A stretch of DNA of 64,000 bases from Antedon mediterranea (GCF_964355755.1 NC_092679.1:16103432-16167431), one strand, 5' to 3'. Numbered from the stretch's first letter, positions 14,701 to 37,100 are shown. A program made the numbers and translations. Notes: generated by a model not told the origin, from the letters alone.

Positions 14701-16707
14701 TGCATTGCAAATTGTTTCATGGGAAAGTATCCCTTTAATAGAGGTGTACTCTGAAGAGTGTCTACTATATTTCTCAGTATAACATTACATTATTAATTTT
14801 CATTTGCTTGTAGATTACCACAAACGTCAACAGCAACATCAAGTAGTGGACAATATGTGACAGCTATATCAGTTCCACAGGTCACAACTGCAGGTCAGCA
14901 AAGTAGCCAATCCGGTGCAGTTGCTGTACAAATGCCACAAAATGGTAATTGTAAGTTTTTGGTCTATTCTTGTAACTCAAAGAAAAAAAAGTGATTACAA
15001 TCATATGGATGGTAGAATGTTCCATTATGTATAGGGATGTCACTTCCATTACAAAAGTTTTATTTTCGTAACTTTCTACAATAAATAACGCAATAGACAG
15101 ATTGCTGATTTTTTTTTTTTTTAAGTAAAAATCATCTACTAATATTTTCTATTATCATCAGTGGTTACCACGATATGCCTAATGTCAAAGGTCAATCATA
15201 TATTTTTGTCCGTCAAGTATCAATAATTTTTAATGCTATTTTTTCCCCCAAATAGCGACAAGCAGTTCAATTTCGTCAACAGTTTCAGGACCAGTTATGT
15301 ATCAAACGTCGCAGGGTTTAGTGTATGCCACTCCAGGCCAAGTTAATGCCTTACCAGAAGGTATACTGCTAAATCATGCATTGCCAGTCACAAATCAACA
15401 AGGTAACATTAACTTTCTGTTTAATTATCTTGTTTAATTCTTTGATTGTGATTGTTAAATAAAGGCAACAGAATGCTGAGCTCCGGATATCAAGGGATTT
15501 ATCTGTGGCTGCAACACATCCCTTAACTGGAATCGTGCACCGCAGAGAATATGTACATAGTACAGTATTGTTGGTATTTGTCGCTGCCAGACATAAGATC
15601 GAAGGACTGTTATGAGTTCCTATTTTGGCAAGGCAACTTCAGTGTTCTGTTGTTAGATTGCCTTGGTTAAATTTACCAAATTACCTGAGCGAATAAAAAA
15701 CAGGTGTTGTTGCTGTAGTGATGTAGTTCTTGGCCAACTCACTCTGTGGTTCTTATAATGTTTAATTAATTTGATTAATTATTGTACATGTCTTTTATTC
15801 TACAGGTGTACAGTTAGCAGCTATGGCACCTCCCACAAATCACAATAGTGGTCAGCAAATACAACTGGTACCTGTAACCACGCAGGTATGTAAACAGTAG
15901 TTTTAGTAGATAGAATATTTCTCCCATTTACCACTAACTTTGGCAGATAGAATAAATCTTCCCCTTGACCATTCGTTCTGGTGGATAGAATAAGTCTTCC
16001 TCTTGACCACTAGCTTTAGTAGATAGAATAAGTCTTCCCTTTACCATTAGCCTTGGTAGATAGAATATCTTCCCCTTGACCATTGGCTTTGGTAGATAGA
16101 ATAAGTCTTCCCATTTGACCACTAGCTTTAGTAGATAGAGTAAGTCTTCCCTTTACCACTAACTTTGGCAGATAGAATAAATCTTCCCCTTGACCATTCG
16201 CTCTGGTGGTCAAAGCCTTTCCCAATAAGCACTTACAATAACAACTAAACATTTGGCGACAAAAGTTGACACAAAGGGACTCTTATGGAGGACGAAAGCT
16301 GTTGTTTCTGGAGTTATGTGTCGTCCAAACCTGTTGCGCATTTCAGCCCAGTTAGGCTGCAACACACAGGTTATTTCTTTACATTTGCAGTTTATAATAA
16401 TATCCTGGATATATAAAGCGCATAATGTTGTAAAACCTCCAAGCGCTGTACATACATATATGTATTATTACTCTGATGAAACACGTATGGAAACATACTC
16501 CCTGACTTGATTCTAACTGTCCAATTGTCTTCCCAAACTGTTTATTGCATTTCGCCTGGAAATTTTGTCAAACATTTAAAATATCAAGCTAAACAGAATA
16601 ATTCATATTGTTTTTTCCCTTGTTTTTAGACCCAGGCAAGTAATTCTTCCACAAACACGAATGGTCATTCTTCAGTCGACAAGAAATCCGGTAAAAGTCC
16701 GAAATAG
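5742..16707 (+). CDS. SRF: Serum response factor (type I MADS-box transcription factor), 9 exons, ~430 aa
   Basis: MADS box KKTKGRVKIKMEFIDNKLRRYTTFSKRKTGIMKK|AYELSTLTGTQVMLLVASETGHVYTFATRKLQPMITSEAGKALIQTCLN is near-identical to vertebrate SRF. Exons 5742-6083, 6450-6707, 12413-12491, 12876-12998, 14485-14539, 14814-14944, 15256-15402, 15806-15885, 16630-16707 sum to 1293 nt in frame, ending in TAG. Confidence 0.97.
8080..8383. mobile_element. Two adjacent family A MITE copies in SRF intron 2
   Basis: 8080-8237 and ~8240-8383 share the TIR (GCTCTGTYTACAYTATCAAACTTTATGTGAC ... AGTGTAGACAGAG); perfect CArG at 8164 and 8288. Confidence 0.85.
8775..8927. promoter_or_regulatory. Intronic CArG cluster (candidate SRF autoregulatory enhancer)
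   Basis: Perfect CCAAATATGG 8814, CCTTTTATGG 8902, CCAATTATGG 8918; one-mismatch CCTAATTTAG 8775 and CCAAATTTAG 8793. Confidence 0.7.
10510..10533. promoter_or_regulatory. Tandem pair of perfect CArG boxes in SRF intron 2
   Basis: CCAAATTTGG 10510-10519 and CCATATTTGG 10524-10533; CCAAT motifs just upstream and a CACGTG E-box at ~10593. Confidence 0.7.
13950..14220 (-). mobile_element. CR1/L2-type LINE 3' fragment
   Basis: Minus strand reads KLWNSLPNNIKSE, a typical CR1/L2 ORF2 C-terminus, followed by a T-rich 3' UTR and (AAAT)n tail. Confidence 0.6.
15900..16205. repeat. ~39-bp minisatellite in SRF intron 8
   Basis: About 8 degenerate units of TAGATAGAATAAGTCTTCCCYTTRACCAYTAGCTTTRG. Confidence 0.9.
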
Positions 16708-17717
16708 CCAGCCAACATTGTTTTTCATAATTATGCTGAAATACATATTTCTATTTATTTCCATTTGTGAAGATTGAAATGAATTTTAATAATTACATAA
16801 AGGCTTATGTAACTTACATTTATTTTAAAATCATTTCACAATTTAATATTATTGATGATTTTTTTTTTAAACTAACCTTTTGAGAATTTACAAAATTATA
16901 ATTAACTTTTATCTAAAATATAATATTTACAATAGGTGCTTTATGGAAGTATAGTAATTATGAAAATGTCATACTTATTTTACAGCATGTATAACAGTGC
17001 CTTACATTTTTTACCAAACATACTGCTAACATTATTTGTGCCTACTGTACAATGAAAGGGTTCTAAGATTGTTATAGAATTTGATTTAATGCGAAACTTA
17101 TATTGTTTTCACTAATCCATGTAAATGTATTTCTGGTCTTTCCAAAAAAATCCTGTAGTGATAGCCATATATAAAATTAAACACATTTTACTAAATATAT
17201 TGTTTTACTAAAATATAAATAAATATTGTATGAAAAATATGAAGTCAAACAGTGAGATGTGAAAAATATAAAGAACTACTGTATATATTAAACCCTTCTT
17301 CGGGACATCCATTGGGACACCCATATTTAGAGGACACCCCTGCTGTATTTTTTTACATTATGTCTTAGATTTTTATTATTTAATTTTTTCTCGTCATTTA
17401 TTTTATATTTATATTATATTTTATTTTGTGTTAAAGGAAAGTCTTTAAACAGTGATTGGGTTCGCTTGTGACAATCCTGGCTTTTTGTTTCATCATATAT
17501 TTTTATGTATTCTGTTGTAATTGTAATGAGCCGATATTGAATAAATCAAATCAAATCAAATCAAGGGTCTCTTCCCAGTGAAAGGAATAAGTGGCAATGT
17601 ATGTTTGACACTAAGCCTAACCCCATTTAGGGGATACTTTGTTTGTTCCCGAATGGGTCTCCTTAATAGAGGTTGTCTGCTATTACACTCTAATTTTTAT
17701 GTAATGAGTATTACTTA

Positions 17718-17801
17718 AGCTCTGTCTACACTATCATCATGTCCATATATGGGCCCATCGCATTTGTTTGTCATATAAAGTTTTATAGTGTAGACAGAGC
17801 T
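17718..17801. mobile_element. Short family A MITE downstream of the SRF stop codon
   Basis: Both TIRs present, TTA flanks, CCATATATGG at 17743. Confidence 0.85.
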
Positions 17802-19799
17802 TTAAATTGTAAACTTCCATTTGGTGTTGCTGAAAGTTTATCTATGAAAATATATATAGAAGAAAATATTGATTCATTAACAGTATTTATAATGCTTTAT
17901 TTTATGTTTAGCAGTACTAAATGTTGTTGGAAGAAAACTCCATGTTGGAATTAATATTTTATGTAAATGATATAGATCATAGTAAGCAAACATTAAATTG
18001 TGTTGAGGAAAATTTTGATTAATGAACCAATCAGAAATGCAAAGAAAAATGTCATTATCTGGGCTAGTATTGGAAGCATTTTTTTTTTTTTTATTGTAAT
18101 GACCGGTTAAATTATACAAAGAATACAATAAAAATGTGTATTATAATATATAGATATGAATGTGTTTAAAAGGGCATTTATAACAAATATGTAAATAGTG
18201 TAAATGTTTTAACATTGTAACAGTGTATTTTTATATCCTTATTGAACTTGTATATGATGCATACACAATTATTATACACCAGTTTAATAATATTTAGTTT
18301 ATTATGTATATATTATTTAAATTCCATTAGAGGGGGGGGGGGGGAGGACATATGTCAGTTATGTCTTACATTTACAATGTGCCTCCTTCATCCTACCATA
18401 ATGTAGTCAAATTTCAACTTCACATAAAATATTGTGCGTAATTTTCACTGGATCTCAATAGAGAGTAAATAAGCGATGATAAAAAAAACAGTAAATTAAA
18501 TGGGCAGAGTCTTGAAAGGTAGACAAAAATGGCAGAGTTGACAAGCACAAAAAAAGTATATTAAAAGCACAACCAGGTGATTAGGGCAAAGATATATAAA
18601 ATAGAGATAGGGTAGATAAATAATTTGGAAAATTTAACATTTTAAACATAATATATTAAATAAGCACAAATGCTGTAATAATGAAAAAATAAGATTTGAA
18701 CCAAGGATTTCTAATTGATATGCAGATGCTCTACCGTTCAACCACATTTAATTACAAGTGGTCTAATGCTATAGTGACTTCACGTCAAGTAGATTTTTGT
18801 GTCTTTTGACTTTTCACTTGTTTTCCCATAATTTGTGTGATCTGGTTTATATAGCTAACAAAACAGTTTGTTTATATTAATTATTATCTGATAATTGATT
18901 ATACCATGTAGATTTCACTTTTCTATTATTTACTACTGCAACTAAATATCTTATTAATTTTTTAAAAAATTCATCGTTTCTTTAATGTTATTTGTTTCTT
19001 TTTTTAAATAATATTTTTTCCCTGTATAGTGCCCTCTATAGGGCATGTAAATTGTGTATTATATACTCAATAAAAGTGTTACCTTATAAGGCAAAAAAAA
19101 GTTTAAGAATTATTATTCAATATTTTTGTTGTTGAAAGATCTATTAAATAAAGTGTGTGGTAAATTATATTATACTAGGTGATGGAAAGATGCTCCTAAT
19201 TCAACTCATGAACATTGCAATTGTTTGATCATTCACTGACTCATTTGCATAAATATGCAGGTGTAGAATTTCTTGGTTAACATTCAACTGTGTTAGGTGC
19301 TAGTCAGTACAGTTTGGTTACTGAAGAAGTAACAACCTATTGAAGCCTACAGTGTATAGTGTCCACTGTCTTGATACAACACCTGTTCAATTGTTCAATG
19401 TAGGCTCACTGCAGGAGACATGTACTGTATTTTGAAGTCATTACCAACAATGTTTGTTGGTGCCATTATTTCTGGCTAGGCTAGAACATTTATTATTATG
19501 TTAGCCTGAAGTTCTGTCTACTGCAGAGGGTGCAACTCACCTATTCAATGAAGTGTGTGGTATTCATATACCAACTAGGAGATATGTTGAAAATGAAGTA
19601 AGGCCTAGACACTGAGGCCATAACAATAGCAACATTTGATGCAGTGTGTAGTAAAGGATACTATGGAATAATAGGTATGTTGAAGTTGAACAATGAATTA
19701 TAATACTACTAGAAGATGGCAGAGCACAGAATGGTAAGTTTTAATATATTTTTATACTTTAAAAAAAAAGAAGATATTTATGTAACTTTTACTTTATTA

Positions 19800-20100
19800 T
19801 ATAAACATCACTGGCACAGAATAAATTCTAAACCGCCCAGTGATATACTGAAATTTAATTAATTTGAAACGATAAAGATGAAGAAATCTGTGAGAATGAG
19901 AAAAGGTCACCTCGAACCCGGACCTTCTGCTTGAAATGCAGATGTTCTAACCATTAGACCACTAGGGCTTTCATGGTATAGTTGAAACCCGATTGGATAG
20001 CAACTCTTTAACACTCATCTTTCAGTATTTTTATTAACAAAGCGGGATCTCCAGAGAGATACTTTTTTATATATAAACATCACCGGCACAGAATAAATTT
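19800..20100 (-). mobile_element. tRNA-related interspersed repeat (same family as 49800-50630)
   Basis: Shares AATTCTAAACCGCCC.GTGATATACTGAAATTTAATTAATTTGAAACGATAAAGATG and a tRNA-like head (GTGGTCTAATGGTTAGAAC...GGTTCGAG) on the minus strand. Confidence 0.8.
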
Positions 20101-21276
20101 ATTTTATTTATATAAATGTCTCTAATAAGCGGTTCATATAATGTATTACCCCGGTTATTTTTGGTCAAGTGCGTACGGAAACATACTCTCATAATGTTGC
20201 AGCACAAATTTTAGAAAGATATAATATATTGACTTACCTCTCTAAACGGTAATGCTGCCATTTGCGCGGTTCCTGCTTTTATAGTTTTGAATGACGCCCT
20301 CTGGAAATTCCACATTTGATAGCTTTTTGATCAGTAATTGATCAGTAATTTTTAAAATATGTCATAATTCAGTAAATGTTTGGTTTACAAACTTTTTACA
20401 GTATATAGCCCATGACCATCTCCGTTGCAAGATTGATGTTGAATGCAATTCACACTAATCGGATGTTGTACCGCGGCATGCATAGAGGACAAACTTTTTG
20501 TGTTTGCCTCTTATATATAAAAATTTGGTTGTAGTTATATTGTATATTTTGTAGTTACTGAAACACTTTGCACTGAAAGTGTGTTTTTTTACAGACCTTA
20601 TTTTTCGTTAAGAAACACAACAAAAATTAACTTTTAGAAATTACAAATAGATTTATTATCATTGATGATAATCCTTACAATATAGCATGTGTGTCACATG
20701 AATAAGCATTTAGATTGTATTTATATTTTCTCCACAATCACACAAAACATAGAAACTACCTAAGTACCCCCAACACCTGTAGTAAATGGTATATATATAT
20801 TGTGTATATAAAAATACTCTGTATTGTAAATTTTAACTTGTATAAAATATAATATTTCAACAATAACAACGGTTAAACACACCCAATTGACATGCCTTGC
20901 CTTTTAGGGGTGGGAGTGCGATCACTCACCTAACAGACTCTTAAAATGCCCTTAAACCGCACACTTAAATTTGGTACAGTACACTTTTACACACCGAAAT
21001 ACAAACAGCACACCTATACCAAATATGTGCTTGTGATTGGTCAACTCCCTTGCATTGCGTCCTAGAGGGAACCAAGCTTAAAGTCCCTATTATCTAGTGA
21101 AGGATGACCAGCAATAAATAAATAAAATAAAGAACATGTAAAGGTACTGTAAATATAAATAATATTCCTTACTGACAATTGTTTGAAAATTCATGCACAA
21201 CCAACATGCATAACCAACATGCATATTACATATTTCAATTGAAAAGAAACCTCAACTGCCTACGAATACATGTTAA

Positions 21277-21575
21277 GGGTATGTCCAGTTCCATGGAGTT
21301 ATGCTTTCATATTGCAAGCAATGTCATATTATAATTACTGTTGTAACAGCAAATTGTTCAGATTTGCTTTCATTTAAAACTGAAGTGTAACCGATTTGGG
21401 CGAACTGGTATACAGGAGTAAATTTGACTTTTGTATCATAAGCGTTGCTCACTAATCTTGTACCTTGAGCTGTCGTAATGAACGAAAGATCAGTGTCGTA
21501 AGAGGTGGCTTCCACTAAGTTTTTCCTGGTTGTCAGACAATATGAAAGCATAACTCTGTAGGTCTGAACAGGTCC
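21277..21575. mobile_element. Harbinger-like MITE in QPCT 3' flank
   Basis: Perfect 19-bp inverted repeat GAGTTATGCTTTCATATTG (21296) / CAATATGAAAGCATAACTC (to 21556), degenerate outer TIR, TAA on both sides. Confidence 0.7.
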
Positions 21576-21771
21576 TAAGTTGGCACACCTGACCTTTAGG
21601 GGAGAAGAATGTTGTTGAAAAGTGTAGCTATTAGAGCTATTGCGGATATGGCGCTAAATAAATCTTGTAATGTGATGATAAGCCTGCCGCAATATCTCTA
21701 TCAAATTATCTTGTATGTGACTTAATATGCCTATGTCTAATTTACGTACAAATAAAGCATGTTTGGTGGCA

Positions 21772-30802
<9,031 letters not shown>

Positions 30803-31125
30803 TTTGTGATGCAGAAAAGTACTTAAAGGCTAAAAATTTTGAGCCCGAATTATTGGTCTTCTCAACAACACAGTACGGTTACGTGTGTCTGGCTAGTTAG
30901 CTAGCTGTGAGACCGACAACATGTGTGACAAAAACAACAAACGCCCCCACGCATTTGGTAATCAAAGATAACGCCCCCATTCGATTAGTAGTTCACTGAC
31001 ACAAAACGTAAACAACACGAAGAGCATCGTCGGTACACACACGTCGTTTGCCGCCGCCGATACATTTATCTGTAGTGGCCTAGGCCTAGCCTTACTAGAT
31101 TGCTTATGTACGACCTTCTGTCACA
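30803..31125. promoter_or_regulatory. Bidirectional promoter shared by QPCT and NRDE2
   Basis: Only ~320 bp between divergent ATGs; locally CpG-rich; two AACGCCCCCA GC-box-like copies (~30940, ~30970). Confidence 0.7.
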
Positions 31126-34100
31126 ATGTTTCCAAGCGCTATTAATATACAAACAATAAATAAAGTAGGCCTAGATGAAAAAGAAAGTGGAAAAGATGAA
31201 GGTAAGCTGATTATAGCCAGGCTAGGCCTCTACTAGGTAGCCGCAGGACAGCCTACTAGGCTAGGCCTACGTACTACTAGGCCTAGACACAGTCAATATT
31301 TATGCCTAGTAGTGTAGTGTGTTATGCGCGATTTGAACGATTTGCGCAATTTGAAATTGCGCAAAAAAAATCCTTGCGCAATTTGAATTGAAACATGTGT
31401 TTCAAATTGCGCAAGCAACGTATTAAATTGCGCAAGTAATCTGCAAATTGCGCAAGGTTTTTCGACAGATTGTGAAATCATGCACACCCATATTTTTATA
31501 GTAATTTCTAAGAATGATTCAAAATTAAAGATAAATATCGCATTTCCTTATTTTAGTAGTGCAAATATTGTTATAAGTTAGCATACCGTCGAAGAACCGA
31601 CGAAGGAAAACGAAGCGGTGGTGTTCCACCAGGCGGGCGCGGCGCGGGCGGCCGGCTATACTACTCTAGCCTAGCTAGGGTCTGGACTACTGATACTGAC
31701 AAGGTTACATGGCCTAGCTTAAACTAATATTAAAAACTTAATTTTTACATTTATTTTGATTTATTTCAAGTTACAGTGATAATATTATTTAATTGTAATA
31801 ATAAATGTTATGTATTTATTATACACATGTTATCTTCGCATTTATTATGTTTTATTTTGAGTTATTTAGTTTCCAATAAAAATTTACAGTTCGTTTTCAA
31901 ATTGCGCAAAGGTGTCATATTGCGCAAGAACTATCTTGCGCAATTTACAAATTGTGCAGCGCAATTTAAAATTGCGCAAAGATTTTCTTGCGCAATTTGA
32001 AATTGCGCAAGTTGATTGCGCAATTTGAAATTGCGCAAAAAAATCCTTGCGCAATTTGAAATTGCGCAAGAATTCTTTGCGCAATTTGAAATTGCGCAAG
32101 GATTTTTTTGCGCAATTTCAAATTGCGCAAATCATTCAAATCGCGCATAACATAGTGTAGTAGGCTGCCGCCTAGTACTGTCTGTGAGAGGGTAGGCCCT
32201 ACGGATAAGTAGGTAGGCCGCGCCTATTAGCTAGCTAGGCCGGATGCTAGTCAAGTCGCCCCATCGCAAAGTCGCCCCATACAAAGTCGCCCCATACACA
32301 GTCGCCCCATCGCAAAGTCGCCCCAAAACAAAGTCGCCCTGACACAGTCGCCCCATTGCAAAGTCGCCCCATCGCAAAGTCGCCCCAACGCAAAGTCGCC
32401 CCATCGCAAAGTCGCCCCAACACAAAGTCGCCCCATCGTAAAGTCGCCCCAAAACGTTAAAAAATAGTTTAAAAGTGCGTAAAATGTCGCAATGATAAAC
32501 AAAATAACACGGAACGTGTAGGCATAAAAGGGGAAGGCCCGCCATGTAGTCTCAGGTCACACGATCGGCACGCTCCACAATCATCAGAGAGGAAGCCCCC
32601 AACTAATCACTCCGCGGTTGCACTAACGTGCTAGCTCTCACCAGAGAGAAACCCCCGTAATTACTCCGCCGTTGTCGCACTACAACGCACCATCTGAAGA
32701 TGGGGAAACCCCGTCGGAGTTTTACGATGATATCAGTCGCGTTCGAAATCGGTGGCGTTTAATTTTGGTCGCGATAAAATGATGTTATACGATCTAGATT
32801 ATTTTTACTTTGGTCGATGAATATTTATTATTATTAGGCCTATATTAATAATTGATTTTTGTTTTTATTTTACACTGAGGTCTATGATGAGAGAAAGATG
32901 TGTGCCTTAAAAATGACAATTTGTAAACATAGTTTAAGATTATAGTATAAAGCCTATTATTCAGCATAATGTCATTTAACAGTACATAAATTTAAATGTG
33001 AAATATTTTATAGGGAACGTAGGCTACGTCTGTGTCTTTTATTTTTTTATATGCAACAAATTAGGTAAAACAATTTATTTATAAACATTCAGTTTACTAT
33101 TATATACATAGTATTACAATGAACATTGATTATAAGCCTGGAAATGCAATCTCATCATTATATCCATTATAAAATTGCATCATATCGCCACTATATGTCG
33201 TAAATGATGACGTGCATGTGTGTATTCGTCGTACGTCCGTGTACGTAATATTCCGTGCCTCTTCACTGTCTTGTTTATTAAAATTAAATAAACACCCGAT
33301 ATGAGGATATTTATTAGGCATGATAATTAGAATGTTCTATAACCAAAAGGGTTGAAAAGAATTTCTTCAGTAAAATGATCATTCTGCTGTTGAATAAAAA
33401 GCGACTCGCAATCTGAAACATTCTCTGAAACCAATCGGAGCTGCTCCTTCTGGTATCTGTTTCCTTCTCACAGCTGCTACGTCTTTCTGCTGCCCGTCGG
33501 GGATTCCCCTTTTTAAAAAACACGCACACGTAATCATACTGTACGATGGTTTTTCCATGGTCAAAATGTAGCGTTTTAATTTTACTAAAATACCTGCATG
33601 TGTAAAACGATCATATCGGCGAAGAAATCCCCTTTTTTTTATTTCTTCATTTTGAAAAGTCATAATTAAAATTAAATAACTATAGACACATAACTTGTCA
33701 ATAAATGCAAAATGATCAATAAGTAGCCTATATAACATTTATTGTCTTACAACGCTGTTATTGTTTTAACTACTGTAAATATACGAAGGCCTACTATTTA
33801 TACACTTATTATATTATCCTAAAAAATTAGCTGGTATCCACGCGTAGGTTGAAGAAAGATTCGTAATTGTGGCTCTGGTAACTAATTTTAAAATCATATT
33901 AAATTAACATTTTCGAAACTATAAATCAGGGATAATCTTTTCGAAATCTTTTTAGAACTTTCAAACAAGGGACTATTTTTTAATGATTTTTAAAAAGCAC
34001 ATCACTCCATTAAAACCTGTAAAATAAAAATTAAAACACAAATTATGTATATAATAGGATAAACATTATAATGTATACGACATTTAGCGCGACCAAAGTA

Positions 34101-37100
34101 ACAACGCAATCGATATCAAACGCAACCGCTATATGATTAAAACAGCGTACTACTAGCGGCGGCACTTCCGAAATAAAACCGTGGGCGACTTTGCGATGGG
34201 GCGACTTTGCGTTGGGGCGACTTTGCGTTGGGGCGACTTTGCGTTGGGGCGACTTTGCGTTGGGGCGACTTTGTAATGGGGCGACTGTGCCGGGGCGACT
34301 TTGTTTTGGGGCGACTTTGCGATGGGGCGACTTTGTATTGGGCGACTTTGTATGGGGCGACTTTGCGATGGGGCGACTTGACTGGATCCCGCTAGGCCTA
34401 GCTAGTTAGTTGTAGACTAGACTAGTAGGGTTCGATGTGCCTACTAGTAATGTATGTCTATGAATAATAGTAATACTTAATAGGAACTACTGTACTACTA
34501 AATTCTACTAAGAGGGTCCTCTCTCTCTGTACATTTATTCATTCCAGGGGCTGATTGCCTCTTTTGTAATATATAATGCAACCATTTACATACGACTTTA
34601 CAGGAAAAGTGGGTACAAAATTAAACATCGTAAAAATCTTCAATCTTTTTTTTATAAATTGAACCGAGTTCAACTTCAACTCTACGATCGTTAAAACTGA
34701 CCATCAAATGGTTCATAAATTACGTAGGGGTCATCATAGTGGATCCATCATAGTTTGTGAAAAAATTCGTGAATTTTTACAACGTGACAATGTTTTTCAC
34801 CTTTTTTGTACTCTTTATAGTCTGATATTTTAAAATAACAAGTGTAAGTAAAACTAAATTATAATTAAAACAATTTAATTTATTTAATGTTTGTCTTTAG
34901 TGTAAAAGGTACATTAAAATATATCCTCGTTTGGGTTGAAGCATCAAAACATTCTTAATTTTCACGCTGGCCCGGCCTTGGCTTCGCAAATCTTCACGTC
35001 CATGTGTCCTAGCAACACTCGAAAAAACCAAGAAACCGTTATATTAACGATCGCGTAAAAATGTGTAAATATTCACGGTTTGGCTCGATCATCGTTACCA
35101 TTATTTATTTTCAAATTTAACAATTTGAAAATTTTGTATATTAAAAGTTTTGTATATTAAATATGGTCTATAAAACCCACTATATTGAGATAATTATATG
35201 ATAAGAATCGACTGACCAAAACACTAGCTCCGGGCGTCTAGACGATTATTTACCCATATTGCCCCCCCCCCCCCCCCTCTTTATCAAAATCCCACATCCG
35301 CCCCTGCATTCATTCAATCTTTTATTTCGGAATCTCTGGTCCATAGAAGGTAAAAATTACATAAATTAATTTCAAAATAAACAATACTATACAGATAACT
35401 ACTACTCATCTCAGGATGGCATTCCACCTGGAGAGCATCTTTGACTTATATAATTATATAAGACGTTGTCTATAATCGTTGAGACTAAAACATTTTCACT
35501 TGAATTGAGTCTACACATCAAACCATACAAAAGATTGTGAACTAAACTTATAACTGTAATTTGTTTATTTCCTAGAAAGTTCAAGTTGGCTGGTAAATGA
35601 AAGTTTTCCCGCCACTTCCAAGGACGAGGAATCATGCGAAGTTTACCAGTCATTAGGAAAGAGTCAGTCAGGCGCGGTGCAGATACCTACAACAAAGAGG
35701 AAGAAGTATAAGCATCATGATGAAAGAGCAATCAAACAAAGGAAGGATTCGCGACATTCACAGAAAAATGATCGATTGAGAGATGGTAAAAAAGGACATA
35801 AGAAAAAGAAGAAACATAAACTTGGTAGTGATGAAGATTACAGGAAAAGAGAAAGAGATGGTACAAGGGATGATAGACAGAAGAGTAGATCTAAACATCC
35901 AGTCAGTCATGCAACTTCTGAAAAATCAACTTCAAGTAAATATAAAGATGAGTCAAGGTGTGATGAATGTGAATATTAATTAGAAAATTGTACTATAAAG
36001 CTCTGTCTATACTATCAAACTTTATGTGACAACAAAATGTGACGTGCTAATATCTGGACGTGTCCTACTACTGTTACTGTACCATATTTGGGCATATCAC
36101 TACCATACTTGGGCACATCACACTAGTTTGATAGTGTAGTTATACAATAGAACCACTATTAAAGACCCAATAAAGTGTCCATTTATTTAAAGGTAGCTCC
36201 TGAATAAACTTGACCCTAGTGATAAAACAGAGTTGCCCCATTACAGAAAAGTGTCCTGAATAGGGATGTCTTAAAGAAAAAAAATTAGGTGCTGCCTATA
36301 ATAATTGTATTTGTGTGTTAATAGGAATCATTAAAAGTTGTTAATTAGTGATAAAAAAATAAAATTAATTAACAAAATATATGTATAAAATAATAATAAT
36401 AATAATCATTTCAATTTTTCCTCATGTTTACATTGTGATATGTTACATGAATATGATAATTAATGCTGCGTTATTGAATTGTGTTTTCTAGTTTCTCAGC
36501 GATGGGATGTAAATGTGTGTGGATTGAAGATCTTGGGCCTAAGGCTTTGGACGCATGTTGCATAGACACAAAAGCCGATAAGAACAATCTATGTTTTGAA
36601 TCTGTACATTTTTCCGACGCAGCATTTTATAAAAGACTGGAATCGTCGTGCCTCGGACTTGACCATAAGCAAGAAATAAATTGGTATAGTCACAAACAAT
36701 CGAAAAAAAGTAAGAAGCAGAAGATTGATGATGACCGATACTATTCCAAGAAATCTATGAAAGTCTTGACGAATGAAGAGGATTTAGTTGATTTTTCGGG
36801 AATTGGTCGCAATAAAAAATGTTTGATCGAAAACGAGAAACTGTCTACTGATACTTTTATTCCTTTAGAAAATAATGCTGATGTTGAGAACTCTGAATCT
36901 GAAATAGGTTTTAATCGCGATGAAGTTGACCCGTTGAATATTCACGATAAAGCTACTCAGTATTACCTCTTCGGTCAAACTCCGCATGCTGTCAACGATT
37001 CAAAGGAAGACAATAAAGAACCCATGAGATTTGATTCATGGGAAGGACTGATCACAAAACAGACAGAAGAATACAACAAGAAATTACGAGAAAATCCAAA

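Noticed and set aside
16470-16500. CTGATGA...GAAAC hammerhead-ribozyme-like core (also CTGATGA in the 41.2-41.5 kb repeats)
   Set aside because: No convincing stem II or flanking stems; lies in an L2/SINE-type 3' remnant or coding-derived repeat.
21324-21551. 75-aa ORF downstream of QPCT
   Set aside because: Falls wholly inside a MITE bounded by inverted repeats.
31884-34409. ORFs rich in WGDFA/GRLC/GATL and RNFKL repeats
   Set aside because: Translations of transposon subterminal arrays.
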